Assembly (NCBI GenBank): GCA_011109175.1
Contig: RDEW01000046.1
Coordinates: 325,545 to 389,544 of the forward strand
From: Dicyema japonicum
Lineage: Eukaryota > Animalia > Dicyemida
DNA length: 64,000 bases
Direction: 5' to 3'
The notes under the pieces: generated by a model
The model's input: the letters and a program-made list of their open reading frames with translations, nothing else
Databases searched by the model: none
Told to the model about the DNA's origin: nothing
Part shown: piece by piece, positions 52,285 through 64,000 of the stretch
How the letters are laid out: each line of letters opens with the position of its first letter
How positions within the stretch are numbered: the first letter of the stretch is position 1
Program-made: the position numbers and the translations under genes

Positions 52285-53749
52285 AATTTCTTTAAATTTG
52301 AGTTGTTATGATCTAAAAAGCGTCAAATACACCAAGTTCGTATTTGATTATCATATAATCCAAAAATGGAGGAACTTGGACAAGAATTGTTGGATTTATG
52401 GTAGCCAATGTAATATGGCAGTTAATCGGATTCAATGAGTGTTGTTAGCACAAAAATGAGACTTATTTTCAACCAAAATTGTTAATTATTAACATAAATA
52501 GAATAATGTTAACTATCTTCCTATACGTTTATCATAAGATAGGTGTTCACTGTGGCAACCATAGTAATCACCCAAGTTATTTCTATTTTGGAAAAAGATT
52601 CAATTGGATCCTATCTGTATCCGAAATATCTCAAAGTTAAATCTTAAAAAAATTGATTATTCGACCAATAAAAACCTAAAAATTTGAATAACACGAATAA
52701 AATCGATTTCAGAAATTAATCTAAGTAAACAAACTTCGTCTTGATGAGCTCCAAGGTTTTAACAAGATTTCATAATTTTCCGTCTCGATGAGCTCCAGTG
52801 ATCAGATCGTCTGCATATTCAAACGCAATTGTATTTTTGGCTTCCGGATTAGGCAGGCGGACAGGAACAGGTTGAAGAGGTCCGGAGACAACAAAGAGCT
52901 TTAGGGAACACCATTTGGAAAAAGTCTTGAGACCGACCTGGATCCATTCATACAGACCCGTCCTCTCCTTCCGCTAAGAAAGTTGGAAAGCCACAGTTTT
53001 ATGTTGGAATTGAGTGGTAGACCAAATATTTTTTGCATAAGGATCTTTCTGCAGACTCAGTCGAATGTCTTCTGAAGGTCAAGAGAGCATATGACTGATT
53101 TGTGGCGTGGTTTAGTGTCAAATCCTTCTATGATGAACTGAGTTAACAAGGTAAGGTTTGTCGATAAATTTTAAATATTAATTATATTTATTATCAAATA
53201 ATTGTTAATTAAAATTTTAAATCGGGATGAGTTGTCATTGACATGAATGGTTTTTTTTAATTTTACTCTCAGATTTTGAGTTTTACGAGGAATCAAATTA
53301 TCACGATACTATACTTAGGAAGGCACGTGATGTAAAACAAGTATTAAATGATCTTTTTATCAGATAAGGTTGTTGTTGACATGAAGTATGCCGTGAAAGA
53401 GACTAAATCTTTATCTGACAAACTGGTATTAACAGTTAATCATTAAGAATGCTACGACAGAAAAACAGACGGCATTGTTCAAGGATTCAATCAACAAGGT
53501 TGCCAAAATAGGAAAGTCTGCTAGGAATTGCAAATTCACTTTATGTCTGATTGTCTACGTGTTTTTTCTGTATTTTGTTTGTCGTTTATTGTTTTATTTA
53601 TTTTTGAAATAAATTTATTTTTAAACCTTTTTGAGAAAATTATGTCTCACGAGAAACTAAAATAATTTCAAAAGAATAATGGAGAGAAATCAGTTCCAAG
53701 GTGGGTTAATATTACTATAGTGTATATAAAATTATATTCTTCCCCTCGT

Positions 53750-55216
53750 TCCACCTCCTGATTATCCGACCTGTTAGACTCCTCCCGCTCTTTTCGAGAT
53801 TGCGGTTTTCGGAGCCTCTCTAGAAGTGTTTATCGGGGAATTTTTGTTTATTTAATCAATATGTAATTAATTTAATATAGTGCGCTTGAATGGGCAGGCT
53901 GTTTCTCCTGACATTTACTATTGAGATTTCCTGTCGTTGTCATCCAGTCTAATGTAGATCTTTAGAGCCGATCCGACAGAATAGGTAGTCCGCTTGTGGG
54001 CCAAGGATTCCTGATGTCTCAACAGAGATAAGGAAAAACAAATAACCTTCCGAAATACTTCAGTGTTTCTTTGATTCTCGACTTTCTTGGAAACATGGCT
54101 AGGATCTAACGCCGAAAGAAATATCTTGCAAAATATTATCGATCGCCAGGAAAAAGAAGGGGACCAAGTAGGTCGCCCTGTGGTAGTCCTGTTTCGGAAG
54201 GAATTATTTCATTCCCAAAAATGAGAGGAAGGACTTGAATACAAATGGTGGACGAAAGAATAAATTTTCGGCTATATAAAGAAAACGTAGATATCTCTTC
54301 TAACAGAGTTAATGGCGTCTCGCAGATTCAATTTTAAAAGGACGTTCTCCCCAGTTTCATGTGATAACCTTACAAACTACTTATCGTATAAATCCTTAAC
54401 TTTGCATCTACCTTTGGCCCCCACGACCAGCTGCAAGGGAAAAAGTCGACTGAAATGCTCCCAATCACTGACAGATAAGTAAATTTTTCAGGAGACCCGG
54501 TAGAAAACATTGTCGATTGCAATCTGACGAATTCTACCATCTTTCTTTCCTAGCAAAGTGGACTAAAATCGGAAATATTTAAAAAAGGCAACGCGTTCAC
54601 AAGATCATAGATTCTCCTAGACACAAGTGTATCAGGTTGACCAACAGATCGAGATAAAAGGTTCATGAGAAGCCCGTTCTTAAGAAAATCAATTCTTCCA
54701 TTACTAATCCTTTGGAATTATCGGAGGTTATCAAGAAGATTAGCAGAAGAATCGTCCTCTCTAAAAAGGTCGAGACAGATGTGCAAAGATCGTCTGGCAT
54801 AGGAAGATGCTTTTCCCTCAGAAAAGAAACTGACTCAGTGGAATAATTCATTGGGCTAGAATATGTACACAGAGTCAGAACTAGTCAGATCCTCTTCCAT
54901 CAATTTCTTCCTAACGCGTTAACTAAACCTGTCAGACCCTGAGGACAGTTGGCTGATGGATGAGATTAGCGCAATCCTCAAAGGTAGAAATAACTTTTCG
55001 GCTAATGCCTTTCGAGATTTCATAAAGTAGTCAAGCGTGCTTTTATCGGCTTGACAAAGGTCTTCGTTAAAGAAGAGTAGGCTTCGGAAATGGTAAGTAG
55101 ACCAGATGGTTCATCGGTTGTTATAGAGTGAAAAATGGCTGCTGGTTATTCGAGCGAATCTCGCTCGTCATCCTGAAAGTGAACAGCCACGCAGTCAAGG
55201 CGGCCGCTATATGACC
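53750..55216 (-). mobile_element. Decayed CRE-like retrotransposon with its 5' motif
   Basis: VRKKLMEED, LREKHLP.PDD, GRIRQIAIDNVFYR, QLVVGAKG and LLKLNLRDAINSVRRD follow the 55143-55216 motif. Confidence 0.7.
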
Positions 55217-55730
55217 ATTTGCTTACTTTTTAAATAATAAATTGTTCATGTAGAGTAATCTAAAACAACCAATATAAGTTTCACCTTTGTTTTTTCCTTT
55301 CGTCTCAAAAAATAAAGCGATTTCTGGTCTCAGGAATTAAAATCGTTTGAGCACTTTGTGACACGACTACCAACGGACTGCTGTGTAGAATGGAACATCC
55401 GTGAAATAATTATTTATGTCTTATGGAATCTGACTGAATTGCTACCTTCCTATATAAAAGCGAGCGTAAAGTTTAATGTATGAACTTCTGATCAAATCCT
55501 TAATATATCCAATATTTCTTTAATTTTTTAGCTAGTCCGTGAATAGAGCTCTAAGGTATTTAACTTTCATAGAATACCCGTAAAGTATCTCTATCAGCAA
55601 AAATATGTCAATGTAGGGATTTTTGACAAAATAATAAAAAGTAATTTTATTTTTCTTTGACAATAAAATTAATGAAATCACATTATGACCACAAATTGTT
55701 TTTCATTCCCAAAGACAATAAAATAAAGGC

Positions 55731-55738
55731 TATATAAA
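55731..55738 (+). promoter_or_regulatory. Candidate TATA box of the lectin gene
   Basis: TATATAAA 30 nt upstream of the ATG at 55761. Confidence 0.45.
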
Positions 55739-55760
55739 CGAAAAATATGCAATTAGAAAA

Positions 55761-58223
55761 ATGATGGTTTTTAAAATCTGTATAGGTTAGATCTTAATAT
55801 AATTTTAGGATTACTTTTTTGTTTCTTAACGTCTGGTATCTGAAAATTATAATTTTAAGGTGTCGACTACGATGAAGTTTTCAACTACAACGGTCATTCG
55901 TATTACTTCTCTTCCTCCAAATATAGTGGCTATTATCATAAATACAACTGCGGCAAAGATGGACACTATCCAGTAGAAATAGTGAATTCCACGGAAAATA
56001 GTGTCATCGCAAGTCAAATAGAAACTTATCCTTAGGTGTTTTAAGAAAAGACAGCGAAGTTGGAGTATACAAAAATTATGGCAATAAGAAATATTATCTT
56101 ACTCGCAATGATAAACTAGCTGTACGGAAAAACCTAATTTTAGAATTATACCAACATCGACCCAAAATCATATGTTAGCTATTCATCAATGACCTGTGTG
56201 ATGCAATCATCCAACGGAATTTGGATTTTGTCCTACCGTTGGATTCATTTTTATATCATATGTGAGAACGGTAGTAATTATAAAATCAAAATTAGACAAA
56301 ATATCATCCACTGGAATTAACATAACGCAAGATAAAATAATCAATAGTTGACATTGAAAATAAATCCTAGTCAAATACGACGATTTGCTCAGTTACAGAG
56401 GACATTCTTATTACATTTACGGCATAAACCGAGACTATGAAGTAGTTCTCCGAATCTGCAAAAATGATCATAATGGGTATATCTTTATTCCCAACGATGG
56501 ACCTGAAAACTGTGCAATTAATAGTATACCTTTGATAACACGTTATAGCCAAAAATCACGGGTTTATTTACGTTGGGATTACTCAAATAAAAAATAAATT
56601 TATAACTGAGAAAGGCTATGAAGCGGTTAGAGCTGAAAATTAAAATTAGAAATATCTCCCATGGGCACCCCGAACCCAACCAAGGAAACATGTGTTGAAA
56701 GAAGTCATGAGACTGGAGAATTTACAAGTAAATCCTGTTACGATAATAATCACATAATTTGTGAAACTGGTTGTGCTTATCTTAACATGGTAGATGTCGT
56801 AATTTCGGGTGCAACTCCGGTGGACTGTAATTACTCCAGGAAACACTGTATGCTTCTAATTGTCATTTACAGTTTATTTTGCACAAATTTTGCAATATAA
56901 TGGATATTCTATCAGAATATTCGATTTCAAAACTTCCTATGAGGATGCTAAGCTGTTGTGCTCTCGACGAGAAGATATCCTTTATACTCCACTCGATCAA
57001 ACAGAAAATTGTGCTGTGATGGGTTTTTACTTTAATTATGCCAAGAAAACACTGAATTTACCATGGGACTGAATTATGGCGAGATATACGTCAAAAATGT
57101 CTTAGTCCGTGGCGACGGATTTAAAGATGTATGTAAATGCAAATATATTAGAACTACACAAATTGGGATTCTGGGTACCCTGAAAAGAACGATCAAAAGA
57201 CATGCGTATATGCATACTATCACTCCGGTAAATGGAGAAACGATGTCTGTCAAAATATATCATTTTCTTGCAGAGAAAGGCAAAAAAATCTACCATCGTC
57301 TATCACGTGCAATAAAAACTTTTATGGTTGGAATTTAGAGCAAATAATATTTAGAAATACCAAAAGATGCTTATCCAGTTGTAGTTTATTCGAAAACCTA
57401 TTCTATGTTTGGCCGTCTATTAAGTTACCACGACTCCGTGAGACTGTGCTCATATTACGGACAATCACTCATACAAACAACGGATTTGAACATAATTAAA
57501 AAACTAACCAATAGTACTCTTATTTATGCTCAACTACAGACCTAATTGAAACAAATATGCACGTGGGTTACAGAATATTATGGGATAACACAACACTCAC
57601 CTGGCTTGATGAGCAACCATCTGTTTACATATATTTTCTTAGTTTTAGGGAACTATAAAATGGGCTCCTGGTGAACCCAAAAGTAACGACTTTTTAATAT
57701 CTTGTGTGAGCATTGCCCCAAACAATACATTCATCACAAATTCTTGTTACTCTAAATATGTCGCAGTTTGCGTTGGAAATGGTTTTTTAAATTGGTCACA
57801 AAAGAATCTCCTACAGGACTACGACTACTTCGAGACATCATCAACAAGCACAACAACAACTTCCACGACCACCACAACTACTACAAGTACCACAACTCCA
57901 ACAACAACAGAAAAAACTAGTTTACGATATTTTTTAGTTTAAGGTTCCTCAACATTAAAAGCATCGGCATGTTTATTGTAATTAAATTATTTCATAGCTA
58001 AAAAATCGAACAGCGTTGCAGTCGGAGTCGGAGTGTTCTTTGGTATTCTTGGGATCATAGCTGTCGGATTCGGAATTTTCATTTACAAAAAGTATGAGAT
58101 TTTTTAAGTTTCCTTAGAAAAGGTATCTCACTGTCTCTTCCTAATAACTTGAGCTCATTCGGAAGTTTTAAATGTAACTCGAATATTTTAAGATTTTTAG
58201 TTCGTAGACCAAGAATAAATTAA
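55761..58223 (+). CDS. Type-I membrane protein with four C-type lectin-like domains, Thr-rich stalk, TM helix and short tail; ~19 micro-introns; apparent 1-nt deletion at ~56663
   Basis: Signal peptide; repeated YNGHSYY / YRGHSYY / YNGYSIR starts, ENCA, NYTNWDSGYPE..CV...GKWRNDVC, WAPGEPK..CV; TSSTSTTTTSTTTTTTTSTTTPTTT; TM VAVGVGVFFGILGIIAVGFGIFIY followed by KKK. Confidence 0.85.
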
Positions 58224-58719
58224 CAAAATTATTAATTTCACTAACATAACTTTTTCTTTATTATTTAATCATACTTTGTCATTTTTGTTGATTATGTTGA
58301 TGCTCAGTTGTAGGAATATAATTTGGTGCGTCCTGGGGTCTCCCGACGTTAGGAGGACCTCATTGAAGCGAAAACTTTGTGTCCCTTCGACAGCCACCAT
58401 CGGGATGTCATTTTGAGAACCGATGGAGAAAGCAGGTTTTTTGTGCTGTGTAAGACACCAATAATATCCAACGGAAACCGCAAAGTGAACCACAATGTCA
58501 TTCTATCACGTTTTTTCTATTCGGTTTCTATTGTTTATTATTAATAACCACGGATACACCGAGAAAAAAAGTTAATAGTTTGTGCTGGGCTTACCAAAGA
58601 TTGTAAGTCTGGGGTCAATAATAATAGGCGCAAAAGCAAAGTCCTTTTAATATACACAAGAACCTTTAAGGGAAAAAGCTTGTATTCCTGTAGTTAAAAG
58701 AAACCCAATGGGGGGTGAA

Positions 58720-59700
58720 ATAACTGATTTTTTGTGCCACTCTGACACAAAACGTTTAATAGATATAAATTTGACTATTAATTCGTTTAAGAAACTTTTT
58801 AATAAAACAAATCTTCTACTTTCAAAACTATTTTTCAGAGAATCTAATTGATTACTTTTTAACCTGAAAAATTAACTTTATTTACCTAAAACTAAAAATT
58901 AACCCAAAAATTTAACTTTATTACTAACAATAAAAACACTAAAACTTTTTGTTACACATACAAATTACATAATTTTCTAGATTTTCTGGTGGAAAATGTC
59001 TGTTGGATCTTAGAATATTCTTTATCTCAGAGAAACATCGTTCAACCGAGCACGAAGTTGTCTAACAATTCAGGAGTAATGAGAGATATGTGAATTAGTC
59101 ATTTTAATTATGTTTGAAATATCATTTTTTGAAGCCTTTTATTTATGTATTTTTTAATAAATTTGTTGTCATTTCCAAATTCCAACGATTCTAAACCATC
59201 ATATGTTTGTTCAATTGTAAAGCTTGTACTTTGGTAATAATATCTGCAATAGCAACATTATTCGGAAACCTGGAATGTTCGAATAGCTTCAGATAAGGTC
59301 ACATAGACTGCTAACTAACGGTGAGGGAACTCGTACAGAGCCTCAGTAAAACAATTCTTTGAATAGTTTGTTTAGTAAAATATCAGATTATATAAATGCT
59401 CTGGTTACTTTTAGAGCCCAATCATCATTTTTGGGATATTGGTCAATGTGTGTTTGGTGAGATTCGGTCAGATTATCTACAAAAAATAATTGTTATATCG
59501 CAAAACTCAATGAATTTTCATCAAAATAAATTTTGATGGGAATTTACAAAATGCCTTTTTTTGCCTTTCCTCGCATTTTATATTACACAAACAGTGTCGA
59601 CAATATAGCGAACCATCCTCAAGAATCATAAATTCTTTAGGATAATACTTTACAATGGCCTTAGCTTTAATTTGGTACGATTTTGCTATCTTAGGTATGT
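58720..59700 (-). mobile_element. hAT transposase remnant (N-terminal zinc-finger-like region and dimerisation domain)
   Basis: MPKIAKS...LYCRHCLC and TTSCSVERCFS..KNILRSNRHF..ENL; possible CAG-initiated terminus at ~58744. Confidence 0.65.
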
Positions 59701-59729
59701 CAACCAAAAATTTTAGTGGCAAAATATAT

Positions 59730-60835
59730 TATTATTAACCCAAGAACACCAATAGTTTATTTAATTACTAAATTAATTAAGTGATCTCGAAGGCCTCAAT
59801 CAGAATTCTCATTTTCTCCTCGTGCGCCTTCTGGGATCCAACACAACTTCTCTGTGGGCGAGGTGGTTTCGGGAATAGGAATTAGAGAGGGGTGATGTAC
59901 ACCCTTTTCATAAGACATGTGGTGACTGTGTATTGTTGTGAGTTGTACTGCTTGCACAGGGTAGCAAATCCTTTTCCATTTTGTCAGATAAGGTCTTCAA
60001 GTGATGAGGGTAATAGTTTTTCTAGTTTCCCGAGATTACTAATAGTAGTGGCTGTTAAGGCCTGAATGTCTCGGATTCTTTGTTTGTTCGTCCAGACAGA
60101 TTGATTCCCCGTGACGTACAGGCATAGCTGACAGGCTCAATGAATTGTTTGTGCAACAATTTCAAAGCTGGGAAAGAGGTTTTAATGCCACCGAAAATAG
60201 TTTTGATTATCCCTAGCTTTCTTGAGCAGCTTCCAGAGACAGTGTCGACGTGAGATGAAAAGGACATGTGTGTGTCGAGGTGATCCCAAGATTTACAGTT
60301 TCTTCGTGAAAGGTATTTTTGTCTGGTTGATAAATATATCCACTGTCATTTGCCCAAGTCGTTTGTCTGAGGTAAATAAGGAAGAAGATTTTTCAGTAGA
60401 TATATAAAGCCGGTTATAATTTAGCCAAATTTGAATCTTGTGAAGGTATTCTTGTAGTCTTTCTGATGCCTTTGGAATATCTTGGTCACGGGATGTGATT
60501 AATAAGTCATCAGCATATGATAGGATGAAATCGTCTTTATTATCGGGTTGCGGTAAATCGGACATGTATAAGTTAAATAAGGCGTGTGATAAAGGGGAAC
60601 CTTGTGGGACACCATTGGGTAGTAATCTTGTAATTGATTTGGTCCCATCCATGTATACCCGGACCCTTCTTCCATTTATGAAGTTAGCAAGCCAAAGTTT
60701 TATATTGGGGTTGACGGGGAGAACAAACAATTTCCGGGTTAGGATTTTCCTTGAGACAGAGTCGAAGGCCTTTTGTAAATCGATCGAACAGACGACTGTT
60801 TTGAGGTGACAAGGATTTGTGTTAAAGCTTTCCAT
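59730..60835 (-). mobile_element. 5'-truncated APE-type LINE (RT + 3' end)
   Basis: SIDLQKAFDSV, GVPQGSPLS, SYADD, ILGIT.D; family 3' end. Confidence 0.9.
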
Positions 60836-61279
60836 GATAATAGTTAATTTAAAAATTAATAAATTAAATCAAAAATTATAAGGTTAAAATAATTTTAACT
60901 TATAATTTTAAATTTTAACTTTTTAACTAATAATTTTGTTTAATATACATTTATTTATAATAAAATATAGTCAAAAATCATTTTAATGATTATTTATTAA
61001 CTATTATTAAATTTTAACTTTTTTAACTTGGTTCGCCCTATTGATTACACTGCTATATAACTTGGAACACTCTCAAAAAGTTCCTTAATTAGGGTCATAC
61101 AGGATTCTAACCACATCATTGTACATAGCACTGTCTTTGAGTATATGAGACTATAAAATCTTGGAAATAAAGCTAAGAAGGTTGCAAAGGGAGGATGGGA
61201 TTGCCCAATGACTGTGTCTTCCACTTAATAAATAACCGTTGTTATCTATTAAGTTACCACGACTCCGTGAGACTGTGCT

Positions 61280-62177
61280 GGATCGCAAATTTCCTAAATG
61301 GAAGAAGAGGAAGAGTAACTGCTGGAAAAACTAGATCAGTGACCAAGTTCCTTTCCAAATGGGGTCCCTCAAGGATCTCCACTTTCACCACACCTATTCA
61401 ACTTATTCTTAATTGATATGCCCTCCCTTACCAGAGACGATACTCTGGTTCTGACATATGCGAATGATATAATCGTCGCAGTTAAAAACCAGTGCGTTAA
61501 TACTGCTGTTTACCGACTACAAGCTCCATTGAAAGATTTGAACTGTTGGCTCGTTAAGAACATTCTACATACAAGTCCCGAAAAGTCTTATACAACAATT
61601 TTCACAACAAACAGAAGATTGACAAATTCCGCTCCGTGTGTAACCATAAATGGAAATTCAATCCCCACGACCAACTCGGTCAAGATACTGGGCGTGACTT
61701 ACGACCCATTCTTGACCTTCAGCTAACACATCGACAACGTCATTTGTTCGACACAACGAAAGCTAAAGTTTGTTAAAACACTCCTTGGACAATATAAGGG
61801 TGTTTCAACTCAAATTTGGACTCGCTCTACGTGCAGTATATTCAACCGTCTCTAACTTACGGGTGTGCTGCATGGGGAACCAACCTATCAAACAGGAATA
61901 TAGAAAAAATCAATACCTTCCAAAGAATGGCCAGTAAGGTTTTGCAAAGGTGCTCTTAGACACCTCTAAACCCTACACCTTTTGAGGAATTAGTGAGGAA
62001 AACCGGAGCCTTACTACCCTCCAATAAAGTTAGAAACCCCCGCCCAATCCGGAAATGCGTTGGAACCCAGGGAGAACACCGAGTAAGAATGAGATGGCTA
62101 CTCGAGGCGGCCGAAATCATTTGACGGCTATGCAGTTATTTAATTTGTCGGTGATTTTCGGTTTTTAATAATAATAA
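61280..62177 (+). mobile_element. 5'-truncated APE-type LINE (RT + 3' end, (TAA)n tail)
   Basis: WIANFLNGRRGRV, GVPQGSPLSP, TYAND, KILGVTYD, YIQPSLTYGCAAWG. Confidence 0.9.
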
Positions 62178-64000
62178 TCGGTTATAAGAATAGCTCTAGA
62201 TCTCAATCTCAGTGATTGTCATCTGATTATAGATAATAAAATAATTTTTGAATTGTGACAATGAATATAAATTGAATTAAAACACAGAAAATATTCCCTT
62301 TGAAATTGTTTGATTTTCATGCAACTGCTTGAGTAAACAACTTTATCTATGTTTCATTTTATTCGATTTGGCTTCTCTCCAATGAATCATTATTGACCTC
62401 ACCAGTAAAATTCTCATATATTGGCAATTAGATCGACAGTAAATATATTTCATCTCGGTTGACTTTAGTTAGTTAATTGCCGAAATGTTGAGTAGGTGGC
62501 CAAGTTTTGGTACACTGTGAAATAACTCTCCTGTCACCATCTTCTCAAGATGGAAAATCTCTATTCTTATGTACTCGGGAGAAATCGAAACCCGAAGTTT
62601 TTATATAAGAAATAGGGGGAACATAAAAATCATTTATTAGCACTTTTATCAAATCAGAAAACAGTAAATAAATTTAGAAACCAATATATGAAATGAAGAA
62701 ATAAAAAATTCAAAAAACCACGGTAAAACTAAACTAACTAATCAAGTGATCCAGACACGTTGCATCAATGAACGTATTGCCAAAAAGAGGGAAGATTGAG
62801 TGAAATGAATAGTTTGCTTTCGAGGTCATCTTATCGCATAGAATTTACATTGCTGCTGAAGATATGAAATCGATCTAACAGTGAATGATACGCAATATAG
62901 CCGAATGTATCAGAAATGATTGAAAAGTGGGAAGAGACAATTTATTCCAATTTTTGAGTCAAAAATAACAAATTATTCACTAAAAAGACAAATCTCTATA
63001 GAATCTGAAAATAACACATCAAAAATAATAAATTTAGCAAAGCTCTAACAAAAAATCGTCAAAGCGATTACCACCGTCAATTTAACTAAGCCCACCAAGT
63101 ATCCTTGGTCTTACTGATAGTGAACTTAACTCCTCTTTTGTTGTAAAAATTAAAGTCTTTTCTGAAATCCCGCCTAACAATTTTCTTCCTCAAATCATCT
63201 CCAAGAATAGGCTCTAATCTTCCAATTAAATCGTAATATATTACTCTTGATCACATAAACAGGGACAACATGAAGTTTTGGTAGGATCGTCAAAAAAATA
63301 ATTTGTCCCACCAAAGCAGGGATCGTATAAATACATGAAATGGCTATATCTATTAACTGATAGTTACCTACTATTTTCCCCTTTTTATTACCCTAAAATA
63401 ATATATTACAAATAAAAACCATTCGCCGGTTATTGGATATAATCGCGGGTATTTATATACGAATTTTTTCGGCATTTGAAATATAATATAAATCCAATAG
63501 TTAATTGTGCAACTAAAGCACGTGCAAATATTTTAGTAACTTTTGGTTTTTATAGCGAAATTTCTTGCTAACAATCGATGGAGGTGGATGAAAGCGACAT
63601 TTAAAATTGTGTTGGGACTGGGCTATAAGTACTATGGTCAACATAAAAGCCCTGAATAATAACCGAGCTGTACTGATTCTAGAGACTATCAATCCATTTT
63701 CCATTCCTGGAAATAAATTAATATAAATTATTATTAAGATAAATTTTCTTTGATAGTTTTACATTCCTATTAATTTTCAAACAATAAAGTTTCCGAAAAA
63801 ATTATTTAAAAAATATTATTCATGCAGAAATTTAAGTCACACATCTTTGAATTATCTTTGATAACTGTCAATTACTAGTTTTAAAAATTATCAAAATTTT
63901 ACATTATGTGACATTCAACATAATCAAATACTCGGTTTTTATTAAAAAAATGTAATTTTGTTTGAGAAATAATCTTGAAAAAACGAAAACATAAAAATCA

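Overview
AT-rich eukaryotic (animal) nuclear DNA. Eight host protein-coding genes can be rebuilt by hand only by removing very small spliceosomal introns, mostly 20-29 nt. They are actin (cut by the window start), a PLPP6/7-like PAP2 phosphatase, a protostome-type cytoplasmic intermediate filament protein, alpha-actinin, CEP43/FGFR1OP, a Lag1/TLC ceramide synthase, a voltage-gated Ca-channel alpha2delta subunit and a four-domain C-type-lectin type-I membrane protein. The IF tail type plus ~25-nt introns point to a highly reduced spiralian, most plausibly a dicyemid (inference). Much of the intergenic space is decayed mobile DNA: a young 5'-truncated RTE LINE with a 29-bp TSD, CRE-like and R4/NeSL-like REL retrotransposons, APE-type LINEs, a tRNA-derived SINE family, MITEs, and hAT and pogo remnants. 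Most notable observations: (i) micro-introns with almost no donor consensus, including a GC-AG intron and several stop-free 3n introns; (ii) a picornavirus-like 2A 'StopGo' peptide (GDVEQNPGP) ahead of a LINE endonuclease, with decayed copies; (iii) a conserved ~75-nt motif, found at the 5' end of two CRE-like elements, with an HDV-ribozyme-like topology; (iv) an exact 35-nt piece of a lectin exon at a LINE 5' junction 3.8 kb away; (v) short homopolymer deletions breaking five otherwise intact genes, most likely assembly error. All gene models are manual and unverified by transcripts.
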